The notes: a model not told the origin generated them from the letters alone. DNA of 64,000 nucleotides from an uncultured Acidobacteriota bacterium (GCA_963827655.1 CAWHCF010000029.1:160001-224000); one strand, 5' to 3'; positions 38,282 to 50,030 are shown, counted from the stretch's first letter. Made by a program: numbers and translations.

Positions 38282-40634
38282 ATGGCCAGGATAGATATCC
38301 TGATTCTTAAAGCCGTCGTGCCGCCGTTTCTGATCTCGGCGGTGGTCCTGACTTTCGTCGTCTTCCTGCGCGAACTCGGGCGGATCTCGGAGCTCTTGAT
38401 CACGCGCAATGCGTCGCTCGAAGTCATCGGCGGGATCGCCGGCGTCCTCCTGCCCGGAATCCTTATCTTTTCTTTGCCTCTGGCTTATTTGATCGGGATT
38501 CTGATCGGTTTAAGCGGCCTGTCCGGCGAGTGCCAGATCATCGCGCTCCGCGCCTGCGGCGTCCCGTTACGAAGGTTGCTCTGGCCGGTTATGTCTCTCG
38601 GGGCGTCGGTGGGTGCCCTGACCGCCTTCTTGTCGCTAATTATCCTTCCAGCATCGAATGATATACTCCAGGGCCTAAAGGATCACATTGGCCTGCGCCA
38701 GGCCACCAGCCAGATCCAGCCCCGGGTGTTCAATGAAGAGTTTCCCAATCTGGTTTTCTACTTCGACGACATTTCGATTGAGCGCCGCAGCTGGTCGAAT
38801 GTATTCCTGGCCGATAATTCGAATCCGAAGACGCCTCGCATAGTGCTGGCCCAGGAGGGTGGTTGGGTTTCGGATCGAGGCGCCCTTCGTCTGCAGCTTC
38901 ACCTGAAAAACGGCGCAGTGTATGAGTTCAATCCTGAGGATCCAAGCAACGATAATGTAAGTGTTTTTGTCTCGACCGACATCCCTATTGACCTCAGCCA
39001 GGGATCTACTTCTCATCCGGGTGCCGGAGGGTCGTCGGGTGTCAAGAAGGTCGTCGAGCAGACCACGGCTGATCTGTGGCGCGGGGCTTCGGCGGCTACC
39101 CCTCTGGTCCGGAGGGAGCAACTGATCGAACTTCACCGCCGCATAGCGCTTCCCTTTTCGGTGATCGGGTTTACCCTTCTCGGACTTACTCTCGGGGTGA
39201 CCACCAAGAAGGGTGGGCGGGCGCTGGGATTTGTCCTCAGTTTTGTCTTTGTATTGCTATTCTTCACCCTCTTTTCGGGAGGGATTCGTCTGGCGTCGGT
39301 AGGAAAGGTGCCGCCGTGGCTTGGAGTCTGGGGGGCGAACTTGATCCTGCTCGGGTTTGGCACGCTGCTGGTGGCGATGGCCGAGCGCAGTGTGCACGTG
39401 GGCAATTGGTTCGCCGACTGGCGCTGGAGGAAAAGGCTAGAGCCTCTTGGAAAACAGCTTCACCTGGAAGCGGCTCGTTCGGGAATCGAAAGGCTTGATG
39501 ACGTAATTGTCTCTTCTACCAGGACCCTTGCCAGATTCAGTTTCCCGAAAATACTGGATGTCTATGTGAGCAAAGGCTTCTGCCTCTATTTTCTCTGGTC
39601 GACAATCGTTTGCACCACCCTGTTCGTGGTGCTTACGCTCTTCGATCTTCTGGATGACATTATCCGCAACCGCATCCGGCTCGTTTACGTTGTCGAGTAT
39701 TTCGTGTTTCTCACTCCCCACATCCTTCTTCTTGTGATACCGATGTCGGTGCTTCTGGCTATTCTGATCAATTTCGGCATCCTGGAGAAATCGTCTCAGG
39801 TCACGGCAATAAAAGCCGGAGGTCTGAGCTTGTATCGAATTGCCCTGCCCGTTTTTCTGATTGCGTCCGTCCTGTGCGTGGGCCTCTACTTCATGCAGGA
39901 TTATTTTCTTCCTTATGCGAACATTCGGCAGGACAGCATCCGGCATCTGATTAAGGGCCGGCCTCCGCAGACTTCGATGCGGCCCCAGCGGAAATGGATT
40001 TTTGGTGAATCGAACCGCATCTTTAACTACGATTACTTCGATTCCAGCCAGAAGGTGTTCGTGGGACTTAACGTCTACGAGGTAGATCTTCGTGCGCTCG
40101 AGGTCTTGCGAAGAATTCACGCCGCCCAGGCAACCATACGCGAGAATACGGATTGGACTCTCGAAAACGGCTGGATCCGCGATTTTCGGGCGGGGGGCGA
40201 AAGCTTTCGCCCGTTTACCCGAACCGAACTCTCGTTTCCGGAGAAGGCCTCCTATTTTGAGCGGGAGGTCTTTGAGCCCAAGGAATCTTCGAAACTCACC
40301 TACCTTGAGCTAAAGAATTACATTACAGACCTTCAAGAAATCCGGCTACAACGCCACTGAACTTCAGGTTGAGCTCTACAAGAAAATCTCTTTTCCGCTG
40401 AGTTGTGTCGTGATGGCCGTGCTGGGAATCCCCTTTTCCTTTTCAATGGGACGCAAGGGCGCTTTCTTCGGTATAACGGTGAGTATCGTGGTGGCGATGG
40501 CTTACTGGGGGATCTTCAGCGTGTTCGAGCAGATGGGAGCGTACGGGCTCCTGATTCCCCCGCTGGCGGCCTGGGCGGCCAACATCGTCTTTGCCGCCGC
40601 CGGCCTCGCGCTTCTCTTCACTATCCGCACCTAA
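38282..40634 (+). CDS. lptF: Fused LPS export permease LptF-LptG (one extra base near 40333)
   Basis: Two YjgP/YjgQ domains. Removing one base near 40333 gives LKKSGYNATELQVELYKKISFPL, joining ORF 40410..40634. Confidence 0.9.
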
Positions 40635-40640
40635 AACCCC

Positions 40641-40811
40641 ATCGTCGATTCGTCAATCGTCAATCGAGGCGGAGGTGACAGTCTTGCCTTGAGTCGGGAT
40701 GTCGTCGCTCTGTAACTGGTCGAGGCGGATGGGAACTTCGACGGGGCAACGATCACAACGTTCGCTACCCATCGTCAAATCGTCAATCGTCAATCCGCAA
40801 TCGTCAATCGA
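40641..40811. repeat. Two directly oriented heptamer arrays (AATCGTC)n around a ~105 bp spacer
   Basis: CCC-ATCGTCGATTCGTCAATCGTCAATCG (arm 40641-40666) and CCC-ATCGTCAAATCGTCAATCGTCAATCCGCAATCGTCAATCG (arm 40771-40810). Confidence 0.85.
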
Positions 40812-42071
<1,260 letters not shown>

Positions 42072-42115
42072 TCATTCCTCAAATCAGTTTGTTAATTGAA
42101 ATAGTTGGCACGGGA

Positions 42116-43267
42116 TCAGAGTCCTGCGGCGGCGCGCAACTCCGGAGCCCGATCCGGTCGTTCCCACGTGAATTCCGGCTCGGATCGTCCGAAATGACCG
42201 TACGCCGCGGTTTTCCGGTAAATTGGCCTGCGGAGATCAAGCGACTCGATGATTCCGCGGGGAGTTAGCTTGAAACTATCCCGGAGCATCTCCTGGATTT
42301 TTTCTTCGGAGATCTTTCCGGTTCCGAACGTATCGACCATCAACGAGACCGGCTCGGCGACTCCGATCGCGTAGGCCAGCTGAATCTCGGCGCGCTCTGC
42401 GATTCCCGCGGCCACGATATTCTTGGCCAGGTACCGGGCCATGTACGAGGCGCTTCGATCCACCTTGGAAGGGTCCTTGCCGGAAAAAGCGCCGCCACCG
42501 TGATGGCCATAACCGCCGTAGGTATCGACGATGATCTTCCGTCCGGTGAGGCCGCAGTCTCCCTGGGGACCTCCGATAGCAAACCGCCCGGTCGGGTTTA
42601 TGTGGTAACTGGTATTCTTGGCTCGCAGATTCTCAGGTATGACCGGTTTGATAACGTGTTCCATTACCTCTGCGCGAATCTGCTCTATGGTGATCGCGGG
42701 GTCGTGCTGCGTCGAAATAACAACGGTATCGACCTGAATGGGTGTGAAATTCTCGTAAAGAACCGTCACCTGTGATTTGCCGTCCGGCAAAACCCAATCC
42801 AGAATTCCCTGCTTGCGAACTTCCGAAAGGCGCTTCGTAAGTTTGTGCGCCAGCGTGATAGCCATTGGCATGCATTCCGCCGTCTCGTTGCTGGCAAAGC
42901 CGAACATCAAGCCTTGATCGCCGGCGCCTCCGGTATCGACGCCCATGGCGATGTCGGGCGATTGCTCGTCGATGGCTGAAATGACGGAGCAGGTGTCGCA
43001 ATCGAATCCATATTTCGCTCGGGTATAGCCCACCTCGCGAATGGTCTCGCGCGCCACTTTTGTATAGTCAACGTAGGATTTGGTAGTGATCTCACCGGCA
43101 ATCATGGTGAGTCCCGTGGTCACCATGGTCTCGCAAGCGACTCTGCCCATGGGATCTTGCGCCAAAATCGCGTCCAGAACCGCATCCGAGATCTGGTCTG
43201 CAATCTTGTCCGGATGTCCTTCTGTAACGGACTCCGATGTAAACAGATATTTCCCGTGTACTGCCAC
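42116..43267 (-). CDS. metK: S-adenosylmethionine synthetase
   Basis: [49 protein letters not shown]. Confidence 0.98.
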   Translation of the reverse strand: MAVHGKYLFTSESVTEGHPDKIADQISDAVLDAILAQDPMGRVACETMVTTGLTMIAGEITTKSYVDYTKVARETIREVGYTRAKYGFDCDTCSVISAIDEQSPDIAMGVDTGGAGDQGLMFGFASNETAECMPMAITLAHKLTKRLSEVRKQGILDWVLPDGKSQVTVLYENFTPIQVDTVVISTQHDPAITIEQIRAEVMEHVIKPVIPENLRAKNTSYHINPTGRFAIGGPQGDCGLTGRKIIVDTYGGYGHHGGGAFSGKDPSKVDRSASYMARYLAKNIVAAGIAERAEIQLAYAIGVAEPVSLMVDTFGTGKISEEKIQEMLRDSFKLTPRGIIESLDLRRPIYRKTAAYGHFGRSEPEFTWERPDRAPELRAAAGL

Positions 43268-43331
43268 TTATTACTCCTCCTTCTGGATCATTTATCTGAA
43301 GAGATTTCAGGACGCCCAGACAAAACGGCAA

Positions 43332-43360
43332 CTTATAGCATGCTGTCCCAGGGTGGTCAA
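43332..43360 (-). promoter_or_regulatory. sigma70 promoter for metK-ahcY
   Basis: TTGACC-17 nt-TATAAG with extended TG on the minus strand. Confidence 0.6.
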
Positions 43361-43414
43361 CGACGGGATTGTAAAACAATTGTCACGCCGGTCGAAGTGG
43401 ATTTCCCGCTCAGT

Positions 43415-44308
43415 TTACGCCTTCGCTCGAGGGTGAAATTTTTTGTAAATCTGCTTCAGGCGTTCCCGGGTTATGTGCGTGTAGATTTGGGTGGTGGAGA
43501 TATCTGCATGTCCTAGCATCATTTGAACGGCTCGGAGATCGGCCCCGTTTTCCAGCAGGTGAGTCGCGAAGGAATGGCGGATCAAGTGCGGCGTGAGAGT
43601 CTTTCGGATTCCGGCGTCGCGGCCGTAGTTTCGGATGATCTTCCAGAAGCCTTGCCGGGTCATCAGCGATCGGCGCCGCGTCAGGAACAAATAGCTGCTG
43701 TTACCCTTTTTCAGGAGGGCGGGGCGGCCGTCGCGCAGGTACTCCCGGAGGGCCTGTTGCGCTTCCCGACCCAGGGGCACGAGGCGTTCTTTGCTTCCCT
43801 TCCCCATACAGCTGAGCACTCCCAGGGAAAAATTCACCTGCGGCAGAGTCAGGTTGACCAGTTCGCTGACGCGCAGGCCGGATGCATACAGGACTTCGAG
43901 CATGGCGCGGTCTCGGATGCCGATCGGAGTCGATGGGTCTGGTTGCTTGAGTAATTTCTCTACTTCGCCTTGCGACAGAAACCTGGGGAGGGGTTTAAAA
44001 GCCCTGGGATTCTCGAGGTGCTCGGTGGGGTCCACCTGGATGACGCGGTCCACAATCAGAAAGCGGAAAAAGCTTCGGGCGGCGACCAGAGCCCGGGCGA
44101 TCGACCGCGGCGAGAGTCCCTTTTTCCGGAGTTCCTGGCTCCATGACGCTACCTCGTCCCGGTCGAGCCCCGATAGATCCCGATTGCGCGCCGAAGCAAA
44201 GCCCCGTAGCTTTTCCAGATCCATCAAGTAGGCTGCCACCGAGTTTGCGGCAAGCCCCTTCTCGACTCTCAGAAATGTGCCGAACTCTGCCACCCAATCG
44301 CGAGTCAT
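43415..44308 (-). CDS. xerD: Tyrosine recombinase XerD
   Basis: RDRAMLEVLYASGLRVSEL, GKGSKERLVP, PHLIRHSFATHLL, LGHADISTTQIYTH, HPRA; ATG 44308 overlaps the murJ stop. Confidence 0.95.
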   Translation of the reverse strand: MTRDWVAEFGTFLRVEKGLAANSVAAYLMDLEKLRGFASARNRDLSGLDRDEVASWSQELRKKGLSPRSIARALVAARSFFRFLIVDRVIQVDPTEHLENPRAFKPLPRFLSQGEVEKLLKQPDPSTPIGIRDRAMLEVLYASGLRVSELVNLTLPQVNFSLGVLSCMGKGSKERLVPLGREAQQALREYLRDGRPALLKKGNSSYLFLTRRRSLMTRQGFWKIIRNYGRDAGIRKTLTPHLIRHSFATHLLENGADLRAVQMMLGHADISTTQIYTHITRERLKQIYKKFHPRAKA

Positions 44309-45936
44309 CGTCTCTTGAACTGGAGCCTGCGGCGAAGGATTCCGGATAGCTCGGTCGCCTCGGGCACGTGAAACAGCTGCAGCAAGGGGACGATGGAAAA
44401 GAGCGCCACGGCAATGGCAGTTCCCAACGTGAGAGCCAGGCTGAGCGTGTCTTGACCTCGAAAAACCTCCCGGACAATCCGAAACACGAGCAGCGCCAGG
44501 CCCCCCATGATGACCGAGGCCAGGATGATCTTCGAGTACATGACCAGGTCGCTTCGATCCGGGCGATCGCCTAGCCTTCGGTGCAGCTTCCGCAGCAGGA
44601 GGCCAAAATTCAACCACGAAGCCGCGGCCGTAGCCACAGCCAGCCCCTTGAACCCGAGGGGAACAATCAACAAGAAGTTGACCACAATCTTGGCCGCGAC
44701 TGACGTCACACTCGCGCGAACCGGAGTCCTGGTATCATCCAGCGCATAGAAAACCGGCACCAGAATTTTCACTGCGGAATAGGCAAAAAGAGCCAGCCCG
44801 TAGAACATCACGACCTGGCTCGTCTGCAGTGTGTCGCTGGGCAGGAATTCGCCCCGCTCGTAGAGGAGCTGAACTATTTCCTCACGAAACAGAATCAGCC
44901 CCACGGTCGCGGGAAAAGTCAGGCAAGCGGCGAGCCGTAGACTCGATGCAACCGTGGCCGCCAACTTGTCGCTCTCTTTTTGAGCCGCGTGGTGAGAAAC
45001 GGCAGTCAAGGTAACGGTTGCCACCGCTACTCCGAAGATGCCGATCGGCAGTTGCATCAGGCGGAAGGCGTAATTCAGCCACGACACCGGTCCGTCGCCT
45101 GCCATCGAAGCAAGCTGGTTGTCGACCGTGATATTGATCTGAGTGGCGGAGAGCCCGATGATTCCAGGCAGCATGAGGCGGCCAATACGACGCAGGCCGG
45201 GATCGGAAAAATCCACTGCGGGCTGGTACCGATACCCTTCTCGATAGGCGGCGGGGATCTGGACAAAGAATTGGGCGGCGCCGCCGATGATGGCGCCGAT
45301 CGCCATCGAAACGATAGGGTCGAGTCCGAATCCGGGCATGAAGGGCCTGAGCAGAATTCCGGCCAGGATGCAGCAGACATTGAATGCCGAGGGCGCCATC
45401 GCCGGCAGGAAGAAGGAACCGCAGGCATTGAGCATCCCCATCACCAGGGCCGCCAGGCCTACGAAGAGCAGGAATGGCGCCATGATTCGTGTCATCTGGA
45501 CCGTCAACTCGAATTTATCCGGCTCCCGCGCGAAACCCGCCGCCTGAAGATAGACAAACCAGCGGGCGCCGAAATAGATCGCCAGTGTCACGATTCCCAG
45601 AATTACGGCGACGGCATTGATCACGAGGTTCGCCAGGCGCCAGGCCCGGGGTCTTCCTCCCTCCTTGAGTTGAGCGACAAAGGTCGGGACGAAAGCCGAA
45701 CTCAGCGCGCCTTCTGCAAAAAGATCGCGGAGTAGATTCGGAATGCGATAGGCGACATAGAAAGCATCGGTGAAGCGGCCGGCTCCAAAGTAATGGGCCA
45801 CCACCATCTCACGGAACAGCCCGAGGACACGGCTGATTGCGGTGGCCAGCCCGACCAGACCGGCGGCACGGGCAACAGTTCGGGCGGATGGCGCTGGTGG
45901 CTCAGCTGGACGATCGTGTCTGAAAGGCGTCACCAT
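44305..45936 (-). CDS. murJ: Lipid II flippase MurJ (MviN)
   Basis: SRVLGLFRE, DAFYVAYRIPNLLRDLFAEGALS.AFVP, YAFRLMQLPIG. Confidence 0.96.
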   Translation of the reverse strand: MVTPFRHDRPAEPPAPSARTVARAAGLVGLATAISRVLGLFREMVVAHYFGAGRFTDAFYVAYRIPNLLRDLFAEGALSSAFVPTFVAQLKEGGRPRAWRLANLVINAVAVILGIVTLAIYFGARWFVYLQAAGFAREPDKFELTVQMTRIMAPFLLFVGLAALVMGMLNACGSFFLPAMAPSAFNVCCILAGILLRPFMPGFGLDPIVSMAIGAIIGGAAQFFVQIPAAYREGYRYQPAVDFSDPGLRRIGRLMLPGIIGLSATQINITVDNQLASMAGDGPVSWLNYAFRLMQLPIGIFGVAVATVTLTAVSHHAAQKESDKLAATVASSLRLAACLTFPATVGLILFREEIVQLLYERGEFLPSDTLQTSQVVMFYGLALFAYSAVKILVPVFYALDDTRTPVRASVTSVAAKIVVNFLLIVPLGFKGLAVATAAASWLNFGLLLRKLHRRLGDRPDRSDLVMYSKIILASVIMGGLALLVFRIVREVFRGQDTLSLALTLGTAIAVALFSIVPLLQLFHVPEATELSGILRRRLQFKRR

Positions 45937-46067
45937 TGGTTCGATGCTCTCCTTGACTATCCTTGAGTGCGTATACTACCATAGGGCCCTGGCGCGGTAA
46001 AACCTTGAATAGACGTGGTTTCTAGCCATTCAACAGGATCCGGTCTTGAACAGGCTCCGACGTTTGT

Positions 46068-47102
46068 ATGAAGCTTTCTGAGATTGCCAAAAAACTGGGG
46101 TGTGAGGTCAGGTCGGGGGGAGAGACCGAAATTCATCGAATGGCTGGAATCGACGAGGCCGGTCCCGGTTGCCTTACGTTCGTTTCAAATCGGAAATACG
46201 TCAGCCATATCAAGACCACTCGCGCCTCCGCGATTATCCTCGGCTACGACGTGCCTGAGGTCCCCATTCCGAGTCTGCGCTCTGCCAACCCCTACCTTGC
46301 CTTCGCGCAGGCACTTGAACTTTTTGCAGAGCCGCTGCGCCCCGAGCCTGGAATTCACCCGATGGCGATTATCGCGCCCGATGCCTCGATAGGATTGAAT
46401 CCGAGCATCGGAGCCTGTGTCGTCGTGGGAACAGGTTGCACGATCGGCTCCAATGCCGTTCTGTATCCTTTCGTGATGCTCTATCCCAAGGCCGCCCTCG
46501 GTGACGACGTGGTACTCCATTCTCATGTCGTGGTGCGCGAACACTGCCGGCTCGGTAGTCGCGTCATCGTTCAGAACGGCGTAGTAATCGGGAGCGATGG
46601 GTTCGGTTTCGCGCCCAAGGACGATGGAACGTACTACAAGATAAGGCAGACGGGCCGGGTCGTAATCGAAGACGACGTGGAAATCGGGGCGAATACAACT
46701 ATTGACCGGGCGGCTGTGGGGGAAACGGTGATAGGCCGGGGTGCAAAGCTGGATAACCTGGTCCAGGTAGGACACGGTTCCAGCGTGGGCGATCACTCGG
46801 TTGTGGCTGCCCAGGCAGGGCTGGCCGGCTCCACCCAACTCGGGCGAGGCGTCAAGGTAGGGGGACAGGTCGGGTTCGCCGGGCATCAGGCGATCGGGGA
46901 CGCGGCCGTAGTGACAGCTCAAAGCGGCGTTCACGGCGATCTCGAACCCGGCGCCGTGGTTTCCGGCTCACCCGCATTCGACACCGGAACCTGGCGCCGC
47001 GCCGTGATCGCGTTTGCGAAACTGCCCGAGATGTTGCGGCGCATCAGCTGTTTGGAAAAGGAGATGGAACGAATCAAAGCGGACCGGGAAAAGCCTTCCT
47101 AG
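46068..47102 (+). CDS. lpxD: UDP-3-O-acylglucosamine N-acyltransferase
   Basis: NPYLAFA, hexapeptide repeats, IGSDGFGF, VEIGANTTIDRA, KLDNLVQVGH. Confidence 0.96.
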   Translation: MKLSEIAKKLGCEVRSGGETEIHRMAGIDEAGPGCLTFVSNRKYVSHIKTTRASAIILGYDVPEVPIPSLRSANPYLAFAQALELFAEPLRPEPGIHPMAIIAPDASIGLNPSIGACVVVGTGCTIGSNAVLYPFVMLYPKAALGDDVVLHSHVVVREHCRLGSRVIVQNGVVIGSDGFGFAPKDDGTYYKIRQTGRVVIEDDVEIGANTTIDRAAVGETVIGRGAKLDNLVQVGHGSSVGDHSVVAAQAGLAGSTQLGRGVKVGGQVGFAGHQAIGDAAVVTAQSGVHGDLEPGAVVSGSPAFDTGTWRRAVIAFAKLPEMLRRISCLEKEMERIKADREKPS

Positions 47103-47133
47103 CGTTTCTTCGTGTCTTCGTGTCTTCGTGGTA
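47101..47133. repeat. Octamer-family single arm at the lpxD stop
   Basis: AGCGTTTCTTCGTGTCTTCGTGTCTTCGTGGTA (perfect 8-mer period). Confidence 0.85.
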
Positions 47134-47238
47134 TTTGTTGTCGTTTTTATTCGCGTTGACTGATCGTCGATCTTGACACGAATGCCGCTTTCCAGTATTC
47201 GAGTAACGCCTTCAACTTCCTATTAAGGGGTACGCTGA

Positions 47239-50013
47239 ATGTCGAACAAATTTGTCTATCTCTTTGCCGATGGCCGAGCCGACGGGCGCGGCGACATGAA
47301 GGATCTCCTGGGAGGCAAAGGCGCTGGTCTGGCCGAAATGACCAATGCCGGCTTGCCCGTGCCTCCTGGCTTCACGATTACGACCGAGGCCTGTAACGCC
47401 TACTACGGGGCAGGGGAGAAGTTTCCCGAGGGGATGTGGGACCAGGTGCTGGAAGCGCTGCGCAAAATCGAGGAAGCGGCAGGAAAGAAATTCGGCGACT
47501 CGTCCAACCCGCTTCTGGTATCGGTGCGATCAGGCGCGAAATTCTCGATGCCGGGCATGATGGATACGGTGCTCAACCTTGGGCTCAACGATGAAACCGT
47601 GGAGGGACTGGCCCGCCTTACTTCGAACCAGCGGTTCGCTTACGACGCGTACCGGCGCCTGATCCAGATGTTTGGCAAGATTGTGCTCGGAGTCGATGGA
47701 GAATCGTTCGAGCATGCACTGGGCGAGGTCAAACGCCGGGCGCGGGCCCGCCTCGACACCGACCTCACTGCTGAGCATCTCGAACGCGTCTGCCAGGAAT
47801 TCAGGAAAATCATCAAGCGCGAAACCGGCTCCGATTTTCCGTCAGATCCGCAGCGTCAGCTCGAGGAAGCCGTGAAGGCTGTGTTCCGCTCGTGGAATGG
47901 TGACCGGGCCAAAGCCTATCGGCGCAGAGAGAAGATCCCCGATGACCTGGGAACGGCCGTTAATGTGGTTACTATGGTCTTCGGCAACATGGGGACCGAT
48001 TCCGGAACCGGTGTCGCATTCACCCGCAATCCCGCCACCGGCGAGAAGCAACTCTTCGGCGACTACCTCGCGAATGCGCAAGGGGAGGACGTAGTCGCGG
48101 GCATCCGGACACCCAAGCACATCGACGAGCTTAAGCAGGACATGCCGGAGATCTATTCTCAGTTTTCCCAACTCGCGGAAAAACTGGAGCGGCACTATCG
48201 CGATATGCAGGACCTGGAGTTCACCGTGGAGCGCGGGAAGCTGTGGATGCTTCAAACCAGGAACGGCAAGCGAACGGGCCCGGCCGCGGTCAAGATCGCG
48301 GTCGATATGGTGCGTGAAGGGCTGATTGACGAGCGCACGGCGTTGCTGCGGGTTCCGCCGGCTGACCTCGATCAGCTGCTCCACAAGATGGTGGACCCGA
48401 AGGCGAAGCTTAACATCTTGACCCGGGGTATTAACGCCAGTCCGGGTGCAGCCTCGGGCCGGGTTGTTTTCACGCCACAGGAAGCCGAGGCATGGGCGGC
48501 CAAGGGAGAGTCGGTGATCCTGGTGCGTCGTGAGACCTCGCCCGAAGACGTCCGGGGGATGGACGCGGCCAAGGGTATACTCACATCCACTGGAGGCCCG
48601 ACGAGTCATGCGGCTGTGGTGGCGCGAGGCTGGGGCAAGCCGTGCGTGGTGGGCGCGAGTGAGATTGACATCAACTATGCCAAGCAGGAATTCGATGTCA
48701 ATGGGACCCGCATCGGTCGCGGCGATTGGCTCACTATTAACGGCACCACAGGCCAGGTGATTCTGGGAAGCGCGCCGCTGATCGATCCCGAGCTGGGCGC
48801 CGAATTCCATCAGTTGATGCAGTGGGCGGATCAGCATCGCAGGTTGCGGGTCCGCACCAATGCCGACACCCCCGTGGATGCGAGCGTGGCGCGCGGCTTT
48901 GGCGCCGAAGGGATCGGTCTGTGCCGCACCGAGCACATGTTTTTCGAGGGGGATCGAATCGACTATGTGCGCCAGATGATTCTCGGGTCGCTCGACTACA
49001 AGAGGCTGGAGCGTGAACTCCGCGCAGTGGAATCTGATCTCGAGCGCGTCGCTTCGCCGAAGAAGCGCAAGGAACTGAGAGCCGTGCGCGCGAAACTGAA
49101 GAAGGAGATCGCGGAACCGAAGCGCCTTTATCGGGGCGGACTCGAGCGCCTGCTCCGATTGCAGCGCAAGGATTTCGAAGGCATCTTCCAGGCGATGGAC
49201 GGGCTTCCGGTCACGATCCGGACGCTCGACCCTCCCCTGCACGAATTCCTTCCCCACGACGAAGGGAGCACCCGAAAACTTGCGCGCAAGCTCAAGACCA
49301 GTTCGCAGCAGCTGTGGGCGCGGGTGCAATCGCTGCACGAGGCCAATCCGATGCTGGGACACCGCGGATGCCGCCTGGGCGTGGTGTTTCCCGAAATAAC
49401 CGAAATGCAAGCCCGCGCGATCTTCGAAGCGGCGGCCAATGTTCAAAAGCGTGGAGTGAAAGTTCTTCCAGAGATAATGATTCCGCTGGTGAGCGACGTG
49501 ACCGAGCTTAAACTTCAGTCGGAGGTCGTGCGGAGAGTGGCGCAGCAGGTCATGAAAGAGAAGCAGCAAAGCGTCGAGTACCTCGTGGGCACGATGATCG
49601 AGCTTCCTCGCGCAGCTCTCACGGCGGATAAGATAGCCGAGGCCGCCGAATTCTTTTCATACGGTACCAACGACTTGACTCAAACCACCTACGGCATATC
49701 GCGCGATGACTCGGGCAAGTTTCTCCCGTTTTACGTGGAGAATCGCATTTTCAAGAACGACCCGTTTCAAGTTTTGGATCCGGAAGGAGTGGGCCAGCTG
49801 GTCAAGATCGGAACCGAAAAAGGCCGCGGCACCCGCCCGGATCTCAAGGTCGGTATCTGTGGCGAGCACGGCGGCGACCCTGCCTCCGTGATGTTCTGCC
49901 ATCGCATCGGGTTGAGCTATGTGTCGTGCTCACCCTTCCGCGTCCCGATAGCGCGTCTGGCCGCGGCTCAGGCCGCGCTCGGATCGGAGCAAACCATCTC
50001 TCAGACGGCGTGA
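47239..50013 (+). CDS. ppdK: Pyruvate, phosphate dikinase
   Basis: LLGGKGAGL, SMPGMMDTVLN, GGPTSHAAVVAR (phospho-His), GIGLCRTEHMF, GICGEHGGDP. Confidence 0.98.
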   Translation: MSNKFVYLFADGRADGRGDMKDLLGGKGAGLAEMTNAGLPVPPGFTITTEACNAYYGAGEKFPEGMWDQVLEALRKIEEAAGKKFGDSSNPLLVSVRSGAKFSMPGMMDTVLNLGLNDETVEGLARLTSNQRFAYDAYRRLIQMFGKIVLGVDGESFEHALGEVKRRARARLDTDLTAEHLERVCQEFRKIIKRETGSDFPSDPQRQLEEAVKAVFRSWNGDRAKAYRRREKIPDDLGTAVNVVTMVFGNMGTDSGTGVAFTRNPATGEKQLFGDYLANAQGEDVVAGIRTPKHIDELKQDMPEIYSQFSQLAEKLERHYRDMQDLEFTVERGKLWMLQTRNGKRTGPAAVKIAVDMVREGLIDERTALLRVPPADLDQLLHKMVDPKAKLNILTRGINASPGAASGRVVFTPQEAEAWAAKGESVILVRRETSPEDVRGMDAAKGILTSTGGPTSHAAVVARGWGKPCVVGASEIDINYAKQEFDVNGTRIGRGDWLTINGTTGQVILGSAPLIDPELGAEFHQLMQWADQHRRLRVRTNADTPVDASVARGFGAEGIGLCRTEHMFFEGDRIDYVRQMILGSLDYKRLERELRAVESDLERVASPKKRKELRAVRAKLKKEIAEPKRLYRGGLERLLRLQRKDFEGIFQAMDGLPVTIRTLDPPLHEFLPHDEGSTRKLARKLKTSSQQLWARVQSLHEANPMLGHRGCRLGVVFPEITEMQARAIFEAAANVQKRGVKVLPEIMIPLVSDVTELKLQSEVVRRVAQQVMKEKQQSVEYLVGTMIELPRAALTADKIAEAAEFFSYGTNDLTQTTYGISRDDSGKFLPFYVENRIFKNDPFQVLDPEGVGQLVKIGTEKGRGTRPDLKVGICGEHGGDPASVMFCHRIGLSYVSCSPFRVPIARLAAAQAALGSEQTISQTA

Positions 50014-50030
50014 TTCTGGCAATCAGAATA

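Noticed and set aside
40641-40811. Possible CRISPR array
   Set aside because: Only two degenerate units made of internal 7-mers, a ~105-bp spacer and no cas genes.
43415-44308. Phage or integron integrase
   Set aside because: Typical XerD motifs, coupled to murJ; no att sites, integron patch or cassettes.
47842-49569. Long antisense ORFs (also 36665-37954, 40992-41963, 52844-53986, 167-949)
   Set aside because: Shadow frames opposite conserved genes in high-GC DNA; no motifs.
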